64,000 nt of DNA, from NCBI GenBank assembly GCA_000002435.2, contig CM018793.1; one strand, written 5' to 3'. The notes beneath the pieces are model-generated. The model did no database searches. It worked only from the letters and a program-made list of their open reading frames with translations, and was not told where the DNA came from. The DNA comes from Giardia intestinalis (lineage: Eukaryota). Shown here in pieces: positions 30,142 through 40,266 of the stretch; the first letter of the stretch is position 1; each line of letters starts with the position of its first letter. Position numbers and translations under genes: made by a program.

Positions 30142-32829
30142 ATGAGCGGCGCTGTTCGAAGTCAGCAGCAACAGGGATCAGGAAGAGGCCGGAGACGACT
30201 TAAGATACCCGTGGGCAGCCCGGTATCCGTAAATGCCGACCAGAAAGATTCCTCGATTTCCACTGCAAAACCCACTAACTCTAACCTCAACTCGGGGATA
30301 CTCACTCCCCTTCCTCTAGCTCAGCCGAATCTCTTGCCATCCTCCGATGTTACGTTGGCATCAGACAAGCCTTTGAGGGGAGCATCAGATACTTTGAAAC
30401 CGGAGAAACCCATCCATCAACCGATCTCAGCAACGTTCGGCATTGCAGTCCAGCCTGCTCCTGTCCTCAATGTCTCGCTGCCAGATGCCATTTTCCCTCT
30501 GCTTCCCTCCACAAATCCACTGGCCGTTTGTAGGTACATCGACAGCATTCTGAGCTTTTGTGAGACACCGCAGCACCGGCTTTTGTATCTTGCCATCCGC
30601 TTTCGGCTGGAACTCATCTCGACTGACGACAATTACCAGTCGCTGTTTCTTCCCGATGCCTCACCTTTTCTGCAGGAGTTACGTGAGCTAGAGTTAGCGC
30701 AGGCACACTCTAGTTCTTCTACACTAACTGCAACCATGACTTGGCCACATTCTACCCAGCAAGCCCCAGATACTACCCTCGAGGACTATATGAGCTCACA
30801 TTCTATACAAGAGACGTTTGATTTCCTAATAAACACGCGCGACTACTACAATGCATACCTTTTAGCATTTTCCTGCTCAAACAATGTCTGGATTACTCAA
30901 CTCTTCAGTGCTAGCAAAAGCGTGTCCCCCACAGTGCTTCGGTTTCTTAATGACATACTCCCATCCCTCTCCTCCTCTGGTGTGCAGACCAGTGATATTG
31001 ACGCCTGGCCCGCGGTGCTTCTTTGGTTTATCAAGACAATAATACGTGCCCCCAAGGGAAGCTGGAATCCAGATTTCCTAGGTATGCAGAGGCGCTATTT
31101 TCTTAAGTTGCTACTCCACGGCTACATACTCGAAGCACAGCTCTCTGGCATTGCTCTTGGATATATCTTAGAACCAGGATCTTACACCACATTTATTCAA
31201 AACAATGCAAATCTTTTACACGCATCTGTAAGTGCCCTCCTTAATTTTAAACCTGCTACAGCCCTGCCAAACCATATGGTACAGGCAATGTTTATTAATC
31301 CTCAACAGCCTCTTCACAGACAAAAGCTTATGGCATCCACATCATCCATCGAACTCAGAACCAACAATTTGCGTGTTATCACACAAGTCTTTGTCGAGGA
31401 CATCAAGGAAAAGCAGCAAATATCTCCAGAGATGCTCCTTCTTGCAGAGCTAGTCGAGTATACACACATGGCGACCTACTTCTATTGTGCAGCAAAAGTT
31501 CGAGGAAGGTTCTTTCCGCCTGAACCCAAAAGCATCTTCGACTCCAGTATTCATCAGAACCTTACTCTATTTCCCCACTTGCTGCCATACAAAGTTCACG
31601 AGATACTTTCCCGTGGCTACGTTGAGCTAGCCCTACGGTTCCTGCATACGCTACTGGTCATTATCCCCGAGCAATTCACAAACACCCCGTTCGTCACATC
31701 AGCATACGATAATTGTACTATCTTACCCTCAACTGGGAAGGCGTCACTACCTCCTGCTGAGATTCTTCCCACAGCAAATTTGGCAGATGCAATCGGAGTC
31801 ACTAACAATAAAAAGGACAAAAAAGGGCTTCAATCGTTAACTACGCTTGTCTGGCCTGAGCCTAAAGTAAGAACGGTGAAAATCGTGCCAACGGTCCCGT
31901 TCTCTGCAATATTACTTCCACTTTCACCTGTGGCAATGCATGCCTGGTCAGAGCTTACCAGAATTGGAACAGATATTAAGTCCAGAAGAGACACGATGCC
32001 TGAAACGGCGTTTATTGCTCATAGACTATCCCGGCAGCTCTCGGAAAAGGTATTTCTTCTAGGAGCTCTAACAATACGTCAATCTTGCAACATCTCCACT
32101 ATATCTGAAAGTGCCCTTCCAGGGTATGACAGTGCATCTGAAATTCTTCCCTCTTGTAATACCAGCATGACGTCCGAGTGCTCAGGTGAGAACAAGCAAC
32201 AGACGGATGGGGGGACGCTTCTCAGCAATCTGGGCAAAAAAGCGACGACAGGCCTTGGCAAGCTCTTCGGAACACTCGATCCAGAAACAGACTGCATCAT
32301 GGAGACTTCTTGTGCCAGGGAGTTACAAAGCACAAATCAGTCCCAATTCTTGCAGCAGCCGCTTCAGACCGGCTCACTAAACCCGTTCACCGTCACTAAA
32401 CAGGCGCCCACCTCTCCCAGTATCCTCCATCACCCATATCCTCATAACAGATCCAGCTCATGGCTTAAGGATGTGTCAGAAGGCGTTGATACTCATGCAG
32501 GCCCGGACATTTCTTTCTCAGATGAGCTAGGACCACTTCAGTGTACACAGCCCGTTGTGCAGCCACTTGTATCTAAGCTGTCTACTGAGACATCGCCAGA
32601 TGTCGCATTTTTCAACGAAGCTGTCTACCCTTCTAGCGCGTCTTCACTCGCGCTTTCTGTAGCATCCACTAACATACCAGTGCCACTGGCACCTCCTTCT
32701 GTGGTCACATCAGTTCCTGCAGCTACGCGCGCTCCTGTTCCTCAATATGCTACAATTGCTCGCCGAAATGCGGTCAGAGCGCGAGCAGGACCGGTGAGAC
32801 CTCCGACAATGCTGATTCCTACTTCCTAG
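30142..32829 (+). CDS. Large hypothetical protein (895 aa) with S/T/P-rich termini and no recognisable domain
   Basis: Long ORF starting 46 nt after the previous gene on the same strand. Low-complexity Ser/Pro/Thr-rich N- and C-terminal regions. Confidence 0.6.
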   Translation: MSGAVRSQQQQGSGRGRRRLKIPVGSPVSVNADQKDSSISTAKPTNSNLNSGILTPLPLAQPNLLPSSDVTLASDKPLRGASDTLKPEKPIHQPISATFGIAVQPAPVLNVSLPDAIFPLLPSTNPLAVCRYIDSILSFCETPQHRLLYLAIRFRLELISTDDNYQSLFLPDASPFLQELRELELAQAHSSSSTLTATMTWPHSTQQAPDTTLEDYMSSHSIQETFDFLINTRDYYNAYLLAFSCSNNVWITQLFSASKSVSPTVLRFLNDILPSLSSSGVQTSDIDAWPAVLLWFIKTIIRAPKGSWNPDFLGMQRRYFLKLLLHGYILEAQLSGIALGYILEPGSYTTFIQNNANLLHASVSALLNFKPATALPNHMVQAMFINPQQPLHRQKLMASTSSIELRTNNLRVITQVFVEDIKEKQQISPEMLLLAELVEYTHMATYFYCAAKVRGRFFPPEPKSIFDSSIHQNLTLFPHLLPYKVHEILSRGYVELALRFLHTLLVIIPEQFTNTPFVTSAYDNCTILPSTGKASLPPAEILPTANLADAIGVTNNKKDKKGLQSLTTLVWPEPKVRTVKIVPTVPFSAILLPLSPVAMHAWSELTRIGTDIKSRRDTMPETAFIAHRLSRQLSEKVFLLGALTIRQSCNISTISESALPGYDSASEILPSCNTSMTSECSGENKQQTDGGTLLSNLGKKATTGLGKLFGTLDPETDCIMETSCARELQSTNQSQFLQQPLQTGSLNPFTVTKQAPTSPSILHHPYPHNRSSSWLKDVSEGVDTHAGPDISFSDELGPLQCTQPVVQPLVSKLSTETSPDVAFFNEAVYPSSASSLALSVASTNIPVPLAPPSVVTSVPAATRAPVPQYATIARRNAVRARAGPVRPPTMLIPTS

Positions 32830-33196
32830 CAAGATCTTAAAACCTCAGAAGTCGATATGTATCATGTAAAGACGCACTCAGAGGCTTTTTTGCCTTGATG
32901 CAGGTGGTAGGACTGCAGACCAATACCTTTGGACATTGTACCGATGCTTCTGTCCATTAATATGGGAGATGATGCTTTGCATCGTCCCTCGCCTCAGACG
33001 TATTTTACAATATGGGCAAAAGTACCTCATTGGACTTTTGCGACAGATTTGCAGAATCAATAAAATAATGATCCACGTCTATTCATTGAAAGGACTCACA
33101 TTACTGCGCTAGAGATGCGGTCCGATTCCGTTCAGCAAATGGGGAAATCTTATTTTAGGTCAATAATTTTCAAAAGCATATTTTTCATTTCTTTAT

Positions 33197-34600
33197 TTGC
33201 AAATGAGCATGCTGGTGGGGCTCCTTTTCCTCGCTTGCGCGTGCTTTTCACGGGAAGCGTGGCCTAAGCCTATGCAAGTGATCAATACGTCCTTTGATAA
33301 CTCGCCTTTTGTGAGCTTGTTTGCAGCCCAGACCGCAAAACATGCTAAGACAATACGAGAGGTCCTGGATCGTATAAGGTCCCAATATCTCAATGTTGCT
33401 GACATAATTGAGTTTGAGACGTACGTTAATAATGCGTACAGCTCCGATTTGGCAGCAGAGTTTGTCCGCGCGGTGCCGGACACTAAGTACACAGACTTTC
33501 TCCTCTATAACAGCTTCTTTGAGGTGGCGTCAAACTCCATGGTAGCCCTCATGTCCGGGGTGTCTCCGGTTGGGACCTATATGGGCTACTCGCAAACGAT
33601 AGATAATAAGATATCCTACGCTGACGAGCTCTATAAGTACCTGCAAGAGTTGACCTACGAGGTTAACTATATGGATGGCGAGTATTCTGCGGTCGCCGTC
33701 ACGTTTGCTGGCTCCTTTGGGTATTCGATCACACGCTCTGACTATGCGGAGCTGATCATATCTCGAGTTTTCGACAACGGCGGCAAGAAGCCCTTCCCTG
33801 CGATCCAGGACGACAACCATTTTTCATTCCTTGTGACTGAGTTGGCCAAGAAACTCGCAGATGGATATGAGCTGCCTTCACAGCTTTTCCAGTCGTTTAT
33901 CTATGAAATCTACGAAACGAAGAGTCTCCCCACGCCTACAGCGTCTGACTATTTTATTAGGAGCGGAAGCAGGAACTACCCTTATTCCTATCTCATTGCA
34001 TTTGCCAACTTTGCAGAATATATGGGACAGATTCTTACCACAGATAGTGTTGGGTATTCGCGCACGCTGGACCCAAGCACAGACGATGGGTGGCGCATTG
34101 TGCAGTCTCCAGAGCGTTACAATATGGAGAAGCCAATGAAATCCGATTTCCGCATCATTCAGATTGAGCGCGCTCTGGACTCTAATGTTAAGGATAGTCG
34201 TACCCTAGACTCATTCAGCAACATGCTCCGAACGTATCCGTTCCGACAGTCGACGACCGTTTACATCACCACGTTTAGTGGCACTGAGGAGGTGTCTAAT
34301 CTGCAGAAGTGCACAAACATCATGGATGCTGCTAAATCCATAGTCGCTTGCGCTGATCCTCCTCCCCCAACCAACTGGCTAAGCGTAGTACTAAGCTTGG
34401 CTCTCATTGTGGTCATCATTGTCGGTTGGGTCTTTGGGATTAAGAATGCGAAGAAATATGAGCAAGGCCTATACGAAAACGCTAGAGACACCAAGAGCCC
34501 CAAGGCAAAGAGGGGGATTGAGAAGTCCTCCACAGACCAAGTTTCCCGGGAGAATGCGCCGCTGAAAGACTCAGGGAGCAACGATGAGATTGTAGTGTGA
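33197..34600 (+). CDS. Hypothetical type I membrane protein (signal peptide, large ectodomain, single C-terminal TM, about 50-aa cytoplasmic tail)
   Basis: N-terminus MQMSMLVGLLFLACACFS. TM helix WLSVVLSLALIVVIIVGWVFGI near the C-terminus. TTTTTCATTTCTTTATTTGCAA precedes the ATG. Confidence 0.6.
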   Translation: MQMSMLVGLLFLACACFSREAWPKPMQVINTSFDNSPFVSLFAAQTAKHAKTIREVLDRIRSQYLNVADIIEFETYVNNAYSSDLAAEFVRAVPDTKYTDFLLYNSFFEVASNSMVALMSGVSPVGTYMGYSQTIDNKISYADELYKYLQELTYEVNYMDGEYSAVAVTFAGSFGYSITRSDYAELIISRVFDNGGKKPFPAIQDDNHFSFLVTELAKKLADGYELPSQLFQSFIYEIYETKSLPTPTASDYFIRSGSRNYPYSYLIAFANFAEYMGQILTTDSVGYSRTLDPSTDDGWRIVQSPERYNMEKPMKSDFRIIQIERALDSNVKDSRTLDSFSNMLRTYPFRQSTTVYITTFSGTEEVSNLQKCTNIMDAAKSIVACADPPPPTNWLSVVLSLALIVVIIVGWVFGIKNAKKYEQGLYENARDTKSPKAKRGIEKSSTDQVSRENAPLKDSGSNDEIVV

Positions 34601-34668
34601 CCGGATTGTGCAGAGTACTGAGTAGACTTACGCACTGTAACTGAGGGCTGTAAATTAAGGCTGTTGGA

Positions 34669-37600
34669 TCACTGCGTTGACACTCTTTGCGGGCCCGCCA
34701 AGGCCGCGAAGATGGACTCAATATGGTCTGCAAGATCGATATTTATATAATCGTTCTTCTCTATGTAGCTATTAATTAATCGGGCGCCCTCGTTGAATAT
34801 CGTTCGCAGTCTATCCCCAGGGTCACTCTGAAAAGGTACCGCTTTGTCTGGCACAGTATAGAGAACTGACGTTAGATCAAAGAGAAGAGAAAAGAAAAGT
34901 AACTGGTCACGTAGCATGGAGGACGTGAAGACAGGAACTAGCATCCCGCCACAGCCAGGGACTCCGCAGTCTTTGCCAGAAAGGGTGGCGATCGCATATT
35001 TCTTATACTGTATATTGTAAGCGTCTAGCTGGCTTGTGTAGCATCCCGGATAAATCTTTCTCCGTACTTCTTCCGTAAGGTACAAGGGACACGTTTGATG
35101 CACACAGTACGAAAGCTGTGCTTCATAAAGCCTAAACATCTGTGCGAGCTGCTTATGGAGCGATGACACAAAACAGCCCAAATTTAGGCGGCATCCACAG
35201 CGTAGGACATCGAAGTCCAGTGGGGAAAGAAGAGGCTCGTCACCCTGGATCGCCTTTTCCTTTCTGAATGCGTTTGACGGTGTTTCAAGGTCTGGGTGTG
35301 GCGTAACTATAACTTCTTCAGATGAGCGATAGTCTCTGAGCGGCGGAGGCCATGCAGTAACAGATTTCGGGTTTCCGCAGGCACAATGGTATATGAAGCA
35401 GCAGCAGGATCCATACCGACGCCGCACTTCAATACTGTACTCTTGCCTATTGAAGCCAGTGAGTTGCTCTTCAGATACAGTATCTGCAATATAGTCCCGA
35501 GAGTCTAGTCCAAAGCACTCAGCAAGCTGGCCTGCGGAGAGATCGGGTACATAGCTACATACACGCTGTAATGGGGGAATTATTTGGCTCTTGATGTACC
35601 ACTCAATGTCCAGGACATTAACAAGTGGACAGCCTGAAAGATACTGAGAGTAGTATTCAAATGGTATGGATCTGCGTGCGATATCTCCACTGGAACTTAC
35701 AGAGGCCTGCTTCAGATCTGGGGCATCGTTAAAGGCAGCCTGCTTACTATCCTTACCCATTGCTACCTGCAATGCCGAGATACCCTTATTGCTTAGGACA
35801 AGGTATTCAATAATATCCCCTATTCTAACAGGCTTACCAACCCGTTGTAGTTCCCTTGCCACAAAGACGTGCGGCAACTGAGTAACGGCAGTGGCAGAGT
35901 ACTGGTGGAGTTGCTTGGTCAGAGATTTGGTCATTTTGAACTGCTGGGCGTATTTGAGCTCGCGAGCAGGTGTGCGGGAGGCTAATATATCTTTGTAGGA
36001 GGCTACAAGCATATTGAGTAGGTTGCTGGCAATCACATTTTGAGGATAGCCCATTATGATTTCCAGGGCCCGCTTGGAGATAGTTCTGGAAATAGGACAC
36101 CAATCTCTGCGGACAAGGTCTAGCCCCTTGTACTCCAGTGCAACAGAGAAGTCTGGAAACAGGCGCGTTGCAGCGTACTTTTTCTTCTGAAGAAGTAGAT
36201 ATTTTATAAAGATATAATCTAGGCCTAGCTGAAGGTACTTCCGATCTTCTCCCACTCTACTGCTGATAGTTGTGGCTATTGCCTTGACTTGAGCCATAAT
36301 TTTGTGTTTCTCTGATTTGTTGTATTCAATATTTGTTTTGATCATGATGGAATCTGTGTCTCCATAAATGACTTGATATCCTTGCTGCTTTGCTATGTTG
36401 CTGGCTCGAGTCAATTCCAGCCTGCCTCTGGCCGGAATGCGAGCTGCTACGTGAGGACAATAGAATCGTCCGTACTGATAACCTAGAGAGCCATACATGG
36501 CATTGGCGCACAGCTTGATAGCAAGCTGTGAAATCTCCAACATCTTCAGGCGTTGGCTGATTGTCTTATCATCCTTAACTTGCATGGCTTCGAGGTCCTT
36601 GATTTTTCTCTTTATGGCCTGTCTCTGTGTGATAAGCCGTGCAATAATCTTCGGCAGAATAACTGTGTGACTAATTTGCTTAGAGGCACGAACCTCTTCC
36701 TCTATCGTCTGGTTCCAGGTATCCTGTGGATCTGCGTGTAAGTGGATTAAACCCGATGGGTCGTCGGTAGTATTGGTGGGATCGGGCCAAGTGACGTAGT
36801 TTTGAGGATCTAGGGTTGTAAAGCATAGACTGTACTCACGAATGATATTTGGATAGAGACTATTAAAATCCAATACTATTACTATTTTATCATGAAATCC
36901 TGCTACAGGATCCATAACATAGCCACCCTCATACCCAGCCCCATGCCGAGCTTCCTCAGTTGCATCAGCGGCTGTATCATCCTTTGGCCTGAACTCGTCG
37001 TGACTTTTAGCACTTTGCTCATGTGTCTTATACTCCGTGTCAGGAAGTATGTACGGCATTACAAAGAAGTTATACAATATAAGGCTCTCTGCTCGTCTGG
37101 CACGGCCAATTGAACACACAAGCTGCCAAGGCAGAGCAGTTAGCTGAGAGATTCGGCAGGTAAGTGGAATATAATTTAGCGCATTTGCAATTCCGATGAG
37201 AGCTAGGATTTCAGCAATCAATTCTGGTATCACCTGGGTTTTGAATTGCGCCCCGGCTTTAAGCTTTGACCCTAAATGGGAAGGAGGCGTTAACGTAAGG
37301 TCCCTCTTAAGAAGAGACGATGCTGCATAGTCGATTGTTGTAAGCTTAGTGTCAGTAGAGAACTCACTGATGCCCCTCTCTAAGTCCATAAGTAAGCGTC
37401 CATGGATAGTGTTCATCACATGCCAGCTGCTCCGAGCTGCCTGAAACGTCTTGAATAAATTTTCAATCCGTAAAATTCTGGGATTGAGCCGTGAAAGCCC
37501 AGCTAGGATTGTGTTTTTAAAGGAGTCCGTTGTAAGGCACGACCGAGAGTGCCACATGGTGTTGTAAAGGTGAAAGTAAATGTTGTGGCCCATTATGATA

Positions 37601-39861
37601 TCCGGATTAAAATGCATCAAAACCTTAGAAAGCTCCTCGTAAAGCTGGAGCTCTTTGTCTACCAACTTTATGCGTATGCTGATCGTCGCAGAGTCGCTTA
37701 GGGGTTCCTTGTTAAGTGAATCGTAACTTAGTTTAGATAGTGGGACAATGTGGCTGCTGTCGGACGGCATGTTTATGTGGACAAGCTTCCGCGCCAGGAT
37801 ATGCGTCTGTGTAAGGAGCTCCGTCTGGAAACTGGCCCCCTCTGCAGAATACCCTGGATGGTACGTGACTGTGATCGTCGTGGCAACATTTTTGACTACG
37901 GGTGCTATGTTCTTTCCTGTTTTTGAGGAGGGCTGCACTCGACTAGCCTCTGGAATGTAGCGCACCTGCACCGTACACACAGATAACAGCGGTAGCGGTG
38001 TCGTATTCTGATCCTTTTTGGTGCCAAACTTGTAGATAGGCCGTATAACAGAATCAGATTGAGATTGCTGTAGGCTCGTATGGAATTCGTGATAGACCAG
38101 CGTGCAACTCCTACTATCTGAATATAGGGATATAGCTTGAGGGAGGGTGAGCTTCGGATGCTGCTTAATAAGTGCCGAGATTGCTTGAGTACGAGCTTTG
38201 TAGAAGTCCCAGTCTATCTGAGTGACATGGAGCCACATTGGTCCTGAAATGCGTGTCTTAGCCAACCAGTACTCTAGTGGAGAGATGGTGTGCCCGACAA
38301 CTGCTTCTACACCGATATCGAACTGCAAATTGGCAGCGGCCGCATCACCTACATCCTTCCGAACACCAAGTACCTGTGGTCCAAAGAACATCGGGCTCAC
38401 TGGGGGTTTGTTGGCGGGATAAGTCACTTCGATCCAAACCCTAGGGTGTCTAGGAAGAGTGCGCTCGTTGAACACATAGCGCCTCCACACAGGCCTTACG
38501 GTAACCGTACTGGAATTAATGCCATGTTTCTGCAGTACTTCAAGGATATCCGCTTTCAGTTTTAGAAAGACGCTTATGTTGACAAGATCCGCCTGGTGAC
38601 GCTGTGTGTCATCCGGGAGGATGGGTTGATCTAAGCACATGTAATCTATCTCGTCATTATACGTGGGATCTGGTACTTTAGCATAGACTCGCTCAAATAG
38701 AGCATTAATTTCATCTGAGGTCATAGTCTTTGTATCGCAATTCTCAATAGGACCATGGGGAAGAATATAAAAGATGCGCCGCAGACCCTTAACAACTACA
38801 CAAGCGCTCTGGGCTCGATTGACATAGGGGTTAGTGGCATTAAACTTTTTACCGTCTTCTGGAGTGGTTAGCACCTTCCCCCATAGTAGCGCAATATCAT
38901 CGGCCTGGGGCATCAACTCGATATTGTAACAGAACATCAAGAGGGTGTTATTTCGCACCATTTTATCAGAAAGAGGATGGATATCTTTTTCCACTGACAA
39001 GGAGTATGGGTCTGTGTCCACTAAGGTTTTGAATTGCATCTCATTGAGCTGACAAGACTGTGGGCATGAGTCCTCCTGCTCTGCCTCAAATCCAAGGGGA
39101 TCCATGGTCAGCTCTGTGATAAGAAGGCCTGCCTCCTCGGTACTATCAAAGTTATGATAATTGCTTGTGCCTGTTGGTTCGGTATTCTCTGTGAGCGCAC
39201 CCTTGAGATCAGAATGATCATGCTTAAAGGCATGTGCAGTCTCTGTCACGGCTATATTATTTGATAATTTCTGCTGCTCATTGGAGAGAGAAGATAAAGT
39301 GGCTGTAGAAGTAGCAGGGGAAGCAACGGGCGGAGAGTGATCAACGTTGGGCGCGTATTTAGCTTCTGACGTAGTATTAGTAGCTATCTTCCCAGCACGT
39401 GGTAGCACAATTGGTTTCAACTGTGTCGCAGCATATGCAGTAGTTCTCTGGACGTTTGTTAATATTCTATCTGCCATTGAAGTTTGGTCATTGGCTGGGG
39501 CCCGCCCTCGGCCGAGTCGGCTAAATCTCCCGTTGGGTAGTGGCTGTTCTGGGCCAGAGTCAACTTTCTTTAGAATATCTTTCAATGATTCATCCAAAGA
39601 TCGAACAACGTTATCGTTGATCATTCCACTAACACCCGTGAACTTAGATGAGTGCAGAAATGCCTGATTTGTTTGGCGAACTACCTCCGGTTGCTTCTCC
39701 TCTGGCTCTGGCCTTTTCTCAGATCCGACAGTGTCAAGCTTAAGCCCTCCTCTGGCTAAATCATCTGCTTGATATTCTCTTTCTAACTGGTAGTCCCGTC
39801 TGTACGCATCTTCATCATCTGAGAAGAAGCCAGAGGAGCTGCTATTTTCACTGTTAGACAT
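34669..39861 (-). CDS. POLA1: DNA polymerase alpha catalytic subunit (family B)
   Basis: Motif II [21 protein letters not shown] (Pol alpha [21 protein letters not shown]). Motif B [20 protein letters not shown]. Motif C [14 protein letters not shown]. KKKYA motif. C-terminal Cys-rich zinc modules. Start placed at the first ATG (MSNSENSSS, preceded by CGAAAAA). The ORF-track start at 39894 is a GTG. Confidence 0.9.
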   Translation of the reverse strand: [1730 protein letters not shown]

Positions 39862-40266
39862 TTTTTCGGTTGTGAGATTTTTGTTCACAAGCACTTTGGC
39901 GACGTGTTAACTATTTGCTGGGCACTCTTATTATTGTACTGTTTCCTGAACTACATTTGAAGGTACAGATTGTACACCACACTTTAAAATAAAAATGAAC
40001 ACCATCAACAAACATACTGGCCGGTCCTGAGGGTTCACTTCTTGTCTTCTTTGTACCTAGGACAGACAATACATTTTTAGCCCTCTGCATCGAAGGATTG
40101 AGCAGTGGTGTTGACCCTACTGGCATAAGTTCATGAGTTATCGCTCAGCATGTACTCACAGCTAATAGAGCTTTATGAAAGCCCGCTGGCTACCTGGACA
40201 CAAACTTCAAGATAGAGGTGCACGGGGGAATTTACTCAGACAGTAGTGGTCGGAGTAAATACCCCT

